The notes under the pieces were generated by a model, which was not told where the DNA came from, searched no databases, and was given only the letters and a program-made list of their open reading frames with translations. DNA of 20,000 bases from NCBI GenBank assembly GCA_964576115.1, contig CAZNUA010000015.1, positions 51,179 to 71,178 of the forward strand. The letters are read 5' to 3'. Positions 7,991-16,946 of this stretch are shown one piece after another (position 1 is the first letter of the stretch; the number at the start of each line of letters is the position of its first letter). The translations under genes and the position numbers were made by a program. Origin of the DNA: an uncultured Gemmatimonadota bacterium (GTDB taxonomy: Bacteria; Blakebacterota; Blakebacteria; Blakebacterales; Blakebacteraceae).

Positions 7991-10003
7991 ATGCCCCGCC
8001 TTCTCAGCCTCTTCGCTCTCGCCTTCCTTCTCGGAACCCCGAACGCCGGTGCCCAGGACAGACTCCTGACCTACTGGGATCTCATGACCCTGAACAACAC
8101 CGGCAGCACCGTCATCTCGCCCGACGGCCGTTTCATCGCCTTTACGGTGAGCCGGCTCGACACCGCCGAGATGGAAAGCGAAACCCACATCTGGCTCGGC
8201 CCCGCAGACGGTTCGGCCCCACCCCGGCAGTTCACCAATGGGGCTTCGAGCGAGTCGAGCCCGCGCTTCACACCCGATTCGGGCCGGCTCACCTTCATCG
8301 CCACCCGGGGCGAATCGAAACGGCAGGTCTGGGTCATCCCTCTCGACGGCGGCGAAGCGGTCCAGCTTACCGAATTCGAGGACGGTCTGCCCGGCACCCC
8401 CGTCTGGAACCGCACCATGACGGCTTTCGCCTACTCCGAGCGCGAAGAGTGGCCCGACGAGGAGGAACGCAAGGCACGTGAGGAGCGAAGAGACGATGTG
8501 CGCATCGTCGAAGAAGACCGGGCCCTGCATACCGACCTTTTCGTCTACGATCTGGAGAGTGGAGAAACACTGCCGCTCACCGATGACGAGTTCGACAACT
8601 ACGGACCGGTCTGGTCGCCCGATGGAGAGTGGATCGCCTTTACGAGCAACCGTTCCGACCGGCCGTGGTACAGCTCGGATACCGACCTCTTCATCGTCCC
8701 CGCCAGCGGTGGCGACATCCGGACTCTGGCGGCGAGCGAGGGGGCCGAAAGCGGACCGACCTTCAGCCCCGACTCGCGTTTTGTCGTCTATTCGGCCAAC
8801 ACGTCGAGCGGACGTTCGCACGAAGATTCCGATTACTGGCTCGTACCGGTCGACGGCGGTCAGGCCCGCAACCTGACCGAAAGCTTCGATTATTCGGTCG
8901 GCGGCGGGGTTGCCTTTGACCCCGATGGCCGCACATTCTGGTTCACGGCCGGGATGCGGACCGACACACAGCTGTTCCGCTGCGATGTCAGACGCGGACG
9001 GGTCGAGCAGATGACATCCGTAGCGGGCAGTGTCTCCGGTTTTTCCTTCAGCGACGACATGACCCGGGCCCTCTGGCGCTACACCGCCCCGCAGTGGCCC
9101 GACGAGGTCATGGTGGGAGAGCCGGGAACAGCGGGCAGGCAGGTCACCGATCTCAATCCGCAGCTGCGCGATTTCACCGTCGCGGAGCAGAACGTCATCA
9201 CCTGGCGCAGCAGCGACGGCCTAGAGATCGAGGCGGTTCTGACCCGGCCAGCAGATCCGGAAGCGGGTGGGGGCTATCCGACGATCTTCGTCATTCATGG
9301 CGGACCTCACGGCCGGCACTCCAATACGTTCAATACCCGTATGGCCCAGATGTTCGCCGCCCGCGGTTATCTTGTCGTCGGTCCCAACGTACGCGGCTCG
9401 TCGGCTTACGGCACCGCTTTCGGCCAGGCCGACGAGGGCGACTGGGGCGGCATGGATTTCCAGGATATCATGGCCGGGGTTGATTACCTCATCGCCGAGG
9501 GACTCGCCGATCCGGAGCGGCTCGGAATCATGGGCGGTTCCTACGGCGGCTTCATGACCTACTGGTCGATTACGCGGACCGACCGCTTTGCGGGGGCCAT
9601 AGCTCATGCGGGAATCGTCGACTGGTGGTCGTTCTGGGGGCAGACCGATATTCCGACGTACATCGAATACGGTTTTCTCGGCCTGCCCTGGGAGACCAAA
9701 GAGATCTACGAACGCTGGTCGGGGATGGAGTATATCACCAACGTCCGGACTCCCCTGCTGATCACCCACGGCGAGGAGGACCGCCGGGTACCGATCGCTC
9801 AGGCCGAACAGTTCTGGCGCGGCCTGGACCGTCTCGGCCTGCCGGTCGTCTTTCTACGGTATCCCCGGGAAGGGCACGGGATCGGTGAACCACGTCACCG
9901 GATCGACCTGTACCAACGCCAGCTGACCTGGTTCGACTTCTACCTCAAGGGTGAGGGGGAACGCTCTCCGGACGGACGCTACGATCTGCCGGTTTCCAGA
10001 TAG
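7991..10003 (+). CDS. Secreted S9-family (prolyl oligopeptidase / acylaminoacyl-peptidase-like) serine peptidase with a PD40 beta-propeller
   Basis: Signal peptide MPRLLSLFALAFLLGTPNAGA starting at ATG 7991 after an AAGGAG RBS. SPDG/WSPDG PD40 repeats, IHGGPH, GGSYGG nucleophile, HGEEDRRV (Asp), YPREGHG (His). Confidence 0.93.
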   Translation: MPRLLSLFALAFLLGTPNAGAQDRLLTYWDLMTLNNTGSTVISPDGRFIAFTVSRLDTAEMESETHIWLGPADGSAPPRQFTNGASSESSPRFTPDSGRLTFIATRGESKRQVWVIPLDGGEAVQLTEFEDGLPGTPVWNRTMTAFAYSEREEWPDEEERKAREERRDDVRIVEEDRALHTDLFVYDLESGETLPLTDDEFDNYGPVWSPDGEWIAFTSNRSDRPWYSSDTDLFIVPASGGDIRTLAASEGAESGPTFSPDSRFVVYSANTSSGRSHEDSDYWLVPVDGGQARNLTESFDYSVGGGVAFDPDGRTFWFTAGMRTDTQLFRCDVRRGRVEQMTSVAGSVSGFSFSDDMTRALWRYTAPQWPDEVMVGEPGTAGRQVTDLNPQLRDFTVAEQNVITWRSSDGLEIEAVLTRPADPEAGGGYPTIFVIHGGPHGRHSNTFNTRMAQMFAARGYLVVGPNVRGSSAYGTAFGQADEGDWGGMDFQDIMAGVDYLIAEGLADPERLGIMGGSYGGFMTYWSITRTDRFAGAIAHAGIVDWWSFWGQTDIPTYIEYGFLGLPWETKEIYERWSGMEYITNVRTPLLITHGEEDRRVPIAQAEQFWRGLDRLGLPVVFLRYPREGHGIGEPRHRIDLYQRQLTWFDFYLKGEGERSPDGRYDLPVSR

Positions 10004-10027
10004 CGGGAACTTGATTATAATTGCGGC

Positions 10028-10057
10028 TTGCCACGACCTGCAGTGCTCGGATAGAGT
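10028..10057 (+). promoter_or_regulatory. Candidate sigma70 promoter upstream of the hypothetical exported protein
   Basis: TTGCCA (10028-10033), 18 bp, TAGAGT (10052-10057). A second candidate, TTTCCA-17-TATAAT, lies at 9993-10021. Confidence 0.3.
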
Positions 10058-10129
10058 CGCGGGAAGTTCATCGCGGTACGGGGTGAGCATTAGAAACGCG
10101 CATACGACTGAAGCTCCAGAGGTGATGCA

Positions 10130-10636
10130 TTGATGCGATCCATTCTGAAAATCGTTGCGGCGGCGGCGGTGGTTCTTCTCATGTCTGAGTGTGCCACCGG
10201 TCCGCAAGTTCAGAAATCTCTCGACGGCAATTACTCCGGGTCACTGTCCGGAACGCCGTTCGCCACCATCACCTTCACGATCAGTGGATCGAACATAACC
10301 GGTCAGGGGAATGTCACCGATCGCGATCCGCCGCTCTGGCGGGGTCGGGATGAGATCCCGCATATGGACATCACCGGTTCGCTCGATGGGCGTCAGATCT
10401 CGACCATGATGGCGACGGTGCGCATGGAACACAACGACGCCCAGAATGTCTTCGACGATCCGCCGATCTGGAACACCGCCGATGCCACCCTTTCCTTCAC
10501 GGGAATCTTCAACAACCAGGCAGCGGTGGACGGCAGTTTCCAGGGTCAGCTGACCGCCAATCCCAGCACCACACTGGGCGGCACCTGGATCGCCGCCAAG
10601 GGCGGTGCTGCCGCCAGCGGCATCCTGAAGCCCTGA
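10130..10636 (+). CDS. Hypothetical exported protein, possibly a lipoprotein, predicted all-beta
   Basis: GAGGTG RBS; start TTG 10130 or ATG 10133. Signal-like MRSILKIVAAAAVVLLMSEC; Gly/Thr/Ser-rich alternating strands (DGNYSGSLSG, ITFTISGSNITGQG, GSFQG, GGTWIA). Confidence 0.7.
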   Translation: MMRSILKIVAAAAVVLLMSECATGPQVQKSLDGNYSGSLSGTPFATITFTISGSNITGQGNVTDRDPPLWRGRDEIPHMDITGSLDGRQISTMMATVRMEHNDAQNVFDDPPIWNTADATLSFTGIFNNQAAVDGSFQGQLTANPSTTLGGTWIAAKGGAAASGILKP

Positions 10637-10682
10637 AGAACGGGCTCAATCGAATATCCGAGCAATCGGATCCGGGACAGGG

Positions 10683-11594
10683 ATGAGTGACCAACGCCAC
10701 CAGGGCCTGGCTCACGGTGGCGGGAAGTCCCTCATCCCTTTTCGTCACACCTTTTTTCCCATCATCATCGGAGTCCTGACCGCCGCTGCCTGCGGCGCTC
10801 TCTGGACCTTTTTATTGCGTCCGCACCTGTTTCCCGGGACCGGGCCGCGCCCCACCCTGCATATCGTCGAGTTCATCGTCATCGGGCTTCTTGCAACGTT
10901 CTCTACCTTTCTGCTGGCCGGGCACGCCCTGGCCGGCAGAAGCGGGCAGATGGCCCTGCTCTCCGGGTTGGTGGAGAACACCACTGCGGGCGTCTGGATC
11001 CTGGACCACCAGCTGCGGACAGTCTGGTCCAACACTGCCCTGGCCGAGCTGCTGGGCACCAGGCCCGAACCGGGCTCGAGTCCCCTCCCCTTCCTCGACG
11101 CCGAGGGCGAGGAGACGCTGAAACGCAACATTGCTCTGCGTCCCCGCGGCCTGGCAAGTTCCTACGAACTCACTCTCCACCGGCCCGACGGAGAGAAGCG
11201 ATCGACGCTCGTTCTGGGCAGTCCGGTCCAGGATGAAGCGGGAGAATGGTTGGGTTCCTTCGGATTCTTCATCGACCTGACCGAACAGATCGAGGCCTTC
11301 GACCGGACCAGCCGTCGAGAGAAACTCGAGACCCTCGGTGCCGTCATCACCCGTCTGAACCACAGGATCAACAATGCCCTGATGGTCATCCGGGGACAGG
11401 CGGAGATTCTGTTGCGTCGCACAGCCGAGGGAGACGATCGCAACGGTCCGGAGCGGATCATCGAATATGTCGATGTCATCTATGCCGAACTGGAAACCAT
11501 CAGCTCCCTGAAGGAGATCGAAATCGAATCCTACCCCGGGGGACATGCCATGCTTCGCCTGCCCGATGAGGATCATCCGGAAACCGGCGGGTAA
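10683..11594 (+). CDS. Membrane PAS-domain protein with a HisKA/DHp-like H-box but no HATPase domain
   Basis: Two N-terminal TM segments; PAS (LVENTTAGVWILD...WSNTALAELLG...SYELTLHRPDG...SPVQDEAG...FIDLTE); H-box LNHRINNALMVIRG. The protein ends about 75 aa after the His, with no N/G1/F/G2 boxes. Confidence 0.85.
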   Translation: MSDQRHQGLAHGGGKSLIPFRHTFFPIIIGVLTAAACGALWTFLLRPHLFPGTGPRPTLHIVEFIVIGLLATFSTFLLAGHALAGRSGQMALLSGLVENTTAGVWILDHQLRTVWSNTALAELLGTRPEPGSSPLPFLDAEGEETLKRNIALRPRGLASSYELTLHRPDGEKRSTLVLGSPVQDEAGEWLGSFGFFIDLTEQIEAFDRTSRREKLETLGAVITRLNHRINNALMVIRGQAEILLRRTAEGDDRNGPERIIEYVDVIYAELETISSLKEIEIESYPGGHAMLRLPDEDHPETGG

Positions 11595-11640
11595 GAAGCA
11601 TCGCTTGTCCCGATATGCTGAACGCATATCTTTGCACTCC

Positions 11641-12624
11641 ATGCCCTGTACAGTGAAGACAAAGCCCGAGCCTCTGCTCGCGAAGGCTCCCGGTCCGGCC
11701 GGTCGGGTTCTCCTGTTGTGTCTTCTCACGGCTCTGACCGGCTGCTTCCTGCAGCGCGAAGACGACATCGCCAAGGGTGACCGTCTGCTGGCCGAAGGCG
11801 AAATCGCCCGGGCGGTACACTCCTACCACAAGGCCCTGCAGCGCGATCCCGACAACGTCGAACTGCAGTACACCATCGCCCGGATCCAGGACCAGCGCGG
11901 TTTCGTGTCCGAAGCGATAGACCGCTACGAAGCCCTGCTCGAGGATGATCCCGCCTATACCGAGGCCCGCCTGCGGCTCGCCGAACTGCTTGTCGGCGAA
12001 GGTCTGTGGCGCAGCGGCGAGGCCCAGCTGGCACGGCTGCGGCGCGAGATTCCCACCGACGTGCGGGTCAACAAACTCCAGGCCCGGATTTCCGAACACG
12101 ACCGGCGCTGGAGCGAAGCTCTCGCCATCTGGCGCACCGTCGAGATCATTTCTCCCGACGATCCCGAGGTGTACCACGGCCTGGGGCGTATTTATCTGCA
12201 GCAGGGCCGGTATGAACAGGCCGCCCGCGAACTGCGGAAAGTTGCCCGGGTCGATCCGGAGTATGCCGAGGCCGGTCTCGAACTCGGCCTGGCCCTGATC
12301 GAACTCGGTCAGATAGATGAGGCCGAACAGGCATACCGCCGGTACATCGACTCTCACCAGCGCGATGCCGAGGCGTACTACCGGCTGGGGAATGCGTTGT
12401 TCAGCAAGAACTACATTTCCCGGGCGATTCAGCAGTACGAGCGGGCGATCAGCATCCGGCCGGGCTTTGCCGGGGCCCAATTCAACCTGGGCATGGCCCT
12501 GGTCCAGAAGCAGGAATTCACCCGGGCCCGGCAGGCTTTCGAGCAGGCCGCTTTCTGGTACGATACCGAGGAAGAGAAAGAACAGGCCCGGAGGATGATC
12601 AGAGAGTTGATCAGACCGGACTGA
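11641..12624 (+). CDS. Tetratricopeptide-repeat lipoprotein
   Basis: Lipobox LTALTGC followed by about 8 TPR-like units (YHKALQRDPDN, YHGLGRIYLQQGRYEQA, AYYRLGNALF, AQFNLGMAL). The track start at 11545 overlaps the previous gene; ATG 11641 or GTG 11653 is more plausible. Confidence 0.85.
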   Translation: MPCTVKTKPEPLLAKAPGPAGRVLLLCLLTALTGCFLQREDDIAKGDRLLAEGEIARAVHSYHKALQRDPDNVELQYTIARIQDQRGFVSEAIDRYEALLEDDPAYTEARLRLAELLVGEGLWRSGEAQLARLRREIPTDVRVNKLQARISEHDRRWSEALAIWRTVEIISPDDPEVYHGLGRIYLQQGRYEQAARELRKVARVDPEYAEAGLELGLALIELGQIDEAEQAYRRYIDSHQRDAEAYYRLGNALFSKNYISRAIQQYERAISIRPGFAGAQFNLGMALVQKQEFTRARQAFEQAAFWYDTEEEKEQARRMIRELIRPD

Positions 12625-12667
12625 TACACCGAAGCCGGTCATACCCGATCCACGAGAGGACAGCGGC

Positions 12668-15088
12668 ATGCCCGATCAACCGGTTGAACTCACTCCCGAT
12701 CAGCTGCGTATCCATTGCGATCCGATGGTGTTCGACGTCGAGAGCACGGCTGAAATGGAACCCGATGTGGGAATTATCGGTCAGCCCCGTGCCGCCCGGG
12801 CGATCGAATTCTCCCTGGGAGTCGCCGCCGACGGATACAACCTCTACGTCGCCGGCGAATCGGGGACCGGCCGGAACACGGCAGTGGAGATCGCCGTTCG
12901 ACGGGCGGCCGAGAACAGACCGACCCCCAACGACTGGTGCTACGTGCACAATTTCGACCGCCCCGATGCTCCCCGTGCCCTCTCCCTGCCGGCCGGGATG
13001 GGCTGCGAGCTCGAAACCGGGATGACCGAACTGGTCGAAGAACTCAAAGAAGAAATACCCAAAGCTTTCGAAGGTCGTGTCTACGAGGAACGACGGGCAC
13101 ACCTGATCAAGGACCTGAGCGAGAAGCGCGACGAGCTCTTTGCACGCTTCAAGGCCGAAGCCGACGAACGCGGTTTCAGTGTCGAACAGTCAGGGGGAGG
13201 CATCCTGACCCTGCCGACCCGCGACGGCAAGCCGATGTCGAGCCAGGACTGGGAGGAGCTCTCTCCGGAAGAGAAGGAGGACCTGGAAAAGCGCCAGGAG
13301 GACCTGCAAAAGGTCATGCGCGACATCACTCGCCAGGTCCGCGATCTGGAAAAAACAGCCAAGGCCAAGCTTAACGATCTGGAAAGGGTCATCGCCACGG
13401 TGCCGGTCGCCAATGCGATCGATGAGATGAAGGAGCGCTTTCACTCCCACCGGGAGGTACTGACCTATCTCGACGAAGTCAAAGAGGATATCCTCGCCCA
13501 TCTCGATGACTTCAAACCCGAGGACGAACAGCAGGGACCGATCCCGGGCATGCGGATGCCCCCGAGCGAAGATCGCCTGCTGCGCTTCTCGGTCAACGTC
13601 ATCGTGGATCACGGCTGCACCGACGGAACGCCGGTCGTGATCGAATCAAATCCTTCCTTTTACAACCTGATCGGCCGGCTCGAATACCGCTCGACGATGG
13701 GCACCATGACGACCGACTTCACCATGATCAAGGCCGGCGCCCTGCACCGCGCCAACGGGGGGTACCTGGTGGTGCAGGCCCTCGACGTGCTGCGCAACCC
13801 GATGTCGTGGGAGGCTCTGAAGCGGGCCATCCGCAACCGCGAGGTCGTGCTGGAGGATCTGAACGAGCAGTATCGGGTCATACAGACCCAGGGTCTCAAA
13901 CCCGAACCGATCCCGCTCGACGTGAAAGTGGTCATGGTCGGCTCGCCCCTGATCGGCATGTTGCTCTATGAGTACGAAGAGGACTTCCGCAAACTCTTCA
14001 AGGTCAAGGCCGACTTCAGCCAGATCATGGACCGCGATGACGAAGCGGTGCAGGCGTATGCCGGTTTCATCGCCACCCGCGTCCGGGAAGAGAACCTCCT
14101 GCCCTTCGATCGCACCGCCATGGCCCGGATCGTGGAGCATGGCGGCCGGATCACCGACGACCAGGGCAAGCTCACCACCCGCTTCATCGAGATCGCCGAC
14201 CTGCTGCGCGAGTCCAACTACTGGGCCGAGCAGGAAAAGGCCGACACCGTTGCGGCCGAGCATGTCAAACGCGCTGTCGAGGAAAAGATCTTTCGCTCCA
14301 ACCGGATCGAGGAGCGGCTGGGTGAGCTCATCGAAGAGGGTACGGTCCTGGTGGATACCGAGGGCGAGGAAACCGGCCAGATCAACGGCCTGGCCGTCCT
14401 GAGCCTGGGGGATTACGCCTTCGGCAAACCCTCTCGGCTGACGGCCCGGGTGTACGCCGGCCGCGAAGGGATCATCCAGATCGACCGTGACACCAAAATG
14501 GCGGGCCGGATCCACAACAAGGGAGTGATGATCCTGCAGGGATTCTTTGCCTCCCGCTTCGCCCGCGAGCGACCGACTGCCTTCTCTGCCAGCCTGGTGT
14601 TCGAACAGCTCTACGACGGGATCGAGGGGGATTCGGCCTCTTCGACCGAACTTTACTGCCTGCTCTCGGCTCTGGCCCGGGTGCCCCTGCGTCAGGACCT
14701 GGCCGTGACGGGATCGGTGAATCAGCTCGGCGAAGTACAGGCGATCGGCGGAGTCAACGAGAAGATCGAAGGCTGGTACCACACCTGCAAGCTGCGGGGG
14801 CTGACCGGCACGCAGGGGGCTCTCATTCCGGTTGCGAACGTCAAGAACCTCATGCTCAAGGATGAGGTCATCGAGGCGGTCGAAGCCGGACAATTCCACA
14901 TTTACCCGATCGCCCATATCGACCAGGGCATCGAACTGCTGACCGGAATTCCAGCCGGTGAAGCAGGAGAGGATGGTTCCTATCCGGTCGGTTCCATACA
15001 TTACCGGGTGCAGAAACGTCTGGAGAACCTGAACCAGGGGATGCTGGAAGCGGCGAGCAGTTCGGCTGAAAACTCCAACAACTCATAG
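12668..15088 (+). CDS. Lon-like S16 protease, LonC/AAA_32 type, soluble with a coiled-coil insertion
   Basis: IIGQPRA, GESGTGRNT, DWCYVHNF, IKAGALHRANGGYL, PEPIPLDVKV, GQINGLAV, FEQLYDGIEGDSASS (catalytic Ser), GGVNEKIEG (catalytic Lys); GAGGA RBS. Confidence 0.93.
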   Translation: MPDQPVELTPDQLRIHCDPMVFDVESTAEMEPDVGIIGQPRAARAIEFSLGVAADGYNLYVAGESGTGRNTAVEIAVRRAAENRPTPNDWCYVHNFDRPDAPRALSLPAGMGCELETGMTELVEELKEEIPKAFEGRVYEERRAHLIKDLSEKRDELFARFKAEADERGFSVEQSGGGILTLPTRDGKPMSSQDWEELSPEEKEDLEKRQEDLQKVMRDITRQVRDLEKTAKAKLNDLERVIATVPVANAIDEMKERFHSHREVLTYLDEVKEDILAHLDDFKPEDEQQGPIPGMRMPPSEDRLLRFSVNVIVDHGCTDGTPVVIESNPSFYNLIGRLEYRSTMGTMTTDFTMIKAGALHRANGGYLVVQALDVLRNPMSWEALKRAIRNREVVLEDLNEQYRVIQTQGLKPEPIPLDVKVVMVGSPLIGMLLYEYEEDFRKLFKVKADFSQIMDRDDEAVQAYAGFIATRVREENLLPFDRTAMARIVEHGGRITDDQGKLTTRFIEIADLLRESNYWAEQEKADTVAAEHVKRAVEEKIFRSNRIEERLGELIEEGTVLVDTEGEETGQINGLAVLSLGDYAFGKPSRLTARVYAGREGIIQIDRDTKMAGRIHNKGVMILQGFFASRFARERPTAFSASLVFEQLYDGIEGDSASSTELYCLLSALARVPLRQDLAVTGSVNQLGEVQAIGGVNEKIEGWYHTCKLRGLTGTQGALIPVANVKNLMLKDEVIEAVEAGQFHIYPIAHIDQGIELLTGIPAGEAGEDGSYPVGSIHYRVQKRLENLNQGMLEAASSSAENSNNS

Positions 15089-15114
15089 GCCGACACCAGG
15101 CAGGGAGTAGAACC

Positions 15115-16140
15115 ATGGAAGACGGTATTGCTGATATTAACTGGGATGAGCTGACATTTGCCGTTACACCCACCCGATCGATGTTCACCGCCACATGTCC
15201 CGAAGGAGGCGAGTGGAGCGAGGGAGAGCTCGTTCCCTGGGGTCCGATCACCCTCTCGCCCGCAGCCTGCGTCCTGAATTACGGCCAGGGGCTTTTCGAG
15301 GGCATGAAGGCGCATCGCTCCATCAACGACAACATCATCCTCTTCCGGCCCCAGGAGAACGCCCGCCGCGTCAATACCGGCTGCCGCCGACTCTGCATGC
15401 CGGACGTACCCGAGGAACTCTTTCTCGAGGCGGTCAGGATGGTGGTACGCGACAACGCCGACTACGTTCCCCCTCACGGCAAGGGGGCCCTGTATCTGCG
15501 CCCGCTCGTGTTCGGTTCAGGACCAGTCCTGGGAGTCAAGCCGGCACCCGAATACACCTTTCTGATCTACGTCTCGCCGGTTGGTCCCTATTTCAAAGCC
15601 GGATTCTCGGGTATCCACCTCAAGGTCACTGACAGCTTCCACCGGGCCGCCCAGTATGGCACCGGGGGCGTAAAGGCGATCGGCAATTACGCCGGGGGCA
15701 TGCTGCCCGCCCGCGAAGTCAAGGCCGAGGGATTCGCCGAGGTCGTCTACCTCGACGCCCGCCGGGAGCAGTATCTCGAGGAGGTCGGCGCCGCCAACTT
15801 CTTCCTGATCAAAGGCGACGAGCTGGCCACCCCCGAACTCGACGGCTCGATCCTGCCCGGGATCACCCGCAAGTCGATTCTCGAACTGGCCGTCAAGGAA
15901 TTCGGTTTCACGGCCGTGGAGCGCCAGGTCCACGTCGACGAGATCTTTGAAGCCGACGAGGCCTTCTGCGCCGGCACGGCGGCGGTGATCACACCGATCC
16001 TCTCGATGACCTATCACGACCGCCGGGTGGAGTTTGGCGGGGGCGAGGTCGGTCCGAAGACGCGCGAGCTGTACGACGCTCTGACCGGAATCGTCGCCGA
16101 GAAACGGGACGATCCCTACGGCTGGATCGAGGTTCTCTGA
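15115..16140 (+). CDS. ilvE: Branched-chain amino acid aminotransferase
   Basis: LNYGQGLFEGMKA, LFRP, LYLRP, GGVKAIGNY (PLP lysine), EEVGAANFF, ILPGITRKS, EAFCAGTAAVITP; GGGAG RBS. Confidence 0.93.
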   Translation: MEDGIADINWDELTFAVTPTRSMFTATCPEGGEWSEGELVPWGPITLSPAACVLNYGQGLFEGMKAHRSINDNIILFRPQENARRVNTGCRRLCMPDVPEELFLEAVRMVVRDNADYVPPHGKGALYLRPLVFGSGPVLGVKPAPEYTFLIYVSPVGPYFKAGFSGIHLKVTDSFHRAAQYGTGGVKAIGNYAGGMLPAREVKAEGFAEVVYLDARREQYLEEVGAANFFLIKGDELATPELDGSILPGITRKSILELAVKEFGFTAVERQVHVDEIFEADEAFCAGTAAVITPILSMTYHDRRVEFGGGEVGPKTRELYDALTGIVAEKRDDPYGWIEVL

Positions 16141-16172
16141 TCTGATCTTCCCCGCAAAGAACTACCAGTGAT

Positions 16173-16210
16173 AACGCCCGTCCGGTCACAACCGGGCGGG
16201 CGTTTTTCTT
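16173..16210 (+). terminator. Rho-independent terminator after ilvE
   Basis: AACGCCCGTCCGGT-CACA-ACCGGGCGGGCGTT (14-bp stem with one G-U pair) running into TTTTTCTT, between convergent genes. Confidence 0.85.
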
Positions 16211-16250
16211 CCGACGCCGGACCGATCTTCTCTGTCCGGCCGGTCCGGGG

Positions 16251-16946
16251 CTACAGAACCTTCCGGAGCACGGCCGCGACCAGGATCTCGGTCGAGTCGA
16301 AGACCGGCCGATCGGGGATGTCGTTCACGCCGATGACCAGCGGGATCTCGGTGCAACCCAGGATGATCCCCTCGGCTCCCCGTTGCCTTAAATCCTCCAC
16401 GACCTCGAGAGCGGCCCGTTTCGCTTCGGTCGGACGCTGACCGGCTTCGCCCTTGACGGTGTAGATGGACCGGTGTACGGCGTCCTGCCCCTTCTCGTCG
16501 GGCACGATCAGTTCGATCTCATCCGACCAGCGTTCGTAGACTCCGCTGCGGGCGGTCCCGGTCGTGGCCAGCAGACCGACCCGTCTGAGGCCCTGCCGAC
16601 GCACCTCCGCAAAAACCTCGGCGATCATGTTCAGAAAAGGAATGTCGATCCGGGCGGCGACCTCATCGTACCAGTGATGGGCGCTGTTGCAGGGCATGGC
16701 CAGCAGGCCGGCGCCGGCGGCTTCGAGCCGCCGGGCCGAGGCGAGCATGGCCTCCCGGACTCCCGGAGATCCTGAAAGTATCGCTTCAGTCCGGTCGGGA
16801 GTGCCTGACTGGGAATCGATGATGACGTGCAGGTGATCCTGATCGTACCCGGCCGGAGTACGGGCGGTCAGGCGGGCATAAAACTCCACCGTCGCCTCGG
16901 GGCCCATGCCCCCGATCACGCCGACGATCGGGCGGATACCGGTCAC
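16251..16946 (-). CDS. Aspartate/glutamate racemase family protein (cofactor-independent, two-cysteine)
   Basis: VGVIGGMGPEAT, DQDH, PDRT, MPCNSAH, VGLLATTGT, ILGCTEIP; both catalytic Cys present. GTG start overlaps the upstream stop (GTGA). Confidence 0.9.
   Translation of the reverse strand: MTGIRPIVGVIGGMGPEATVEFYARLTARTPAGYDQDHLHVIIDSQSGTPDRTEAILSGSPGVREAMLASARRLEAAGAGLLAMPCNSAHHWYDEVAARIDIPFLNMIAEVFAEVRRQGLRRVGLLATTGTARSGVYERWSDEIELIVPDEKGQDAVHRSIYTVKGEAGQRPTEAKRAALEVVEDLRQRGAEGIILGCTEIPLVIGVNDIPDRPVFDSTEILVAAVLRKVL

Noticed and set aside
13646-15001. Long antisense or alternate-frame ORFs (this 451-aa one, also 2506-3591, 3628-4767, 7892-8821, 11500-12669, 18482-19612)
   Set aside because: Shadow ORFs expected from high-GC codon bias over well-supported genes; no recognisable motifs.
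16217-16248. CCGGACCG/CGGTCCGG inverted repeat just after the racemase stop
   Set aside because: Short, GC-only, with a long loop and no U-tract; likely chance, and the ilvE terminator is adjacent.
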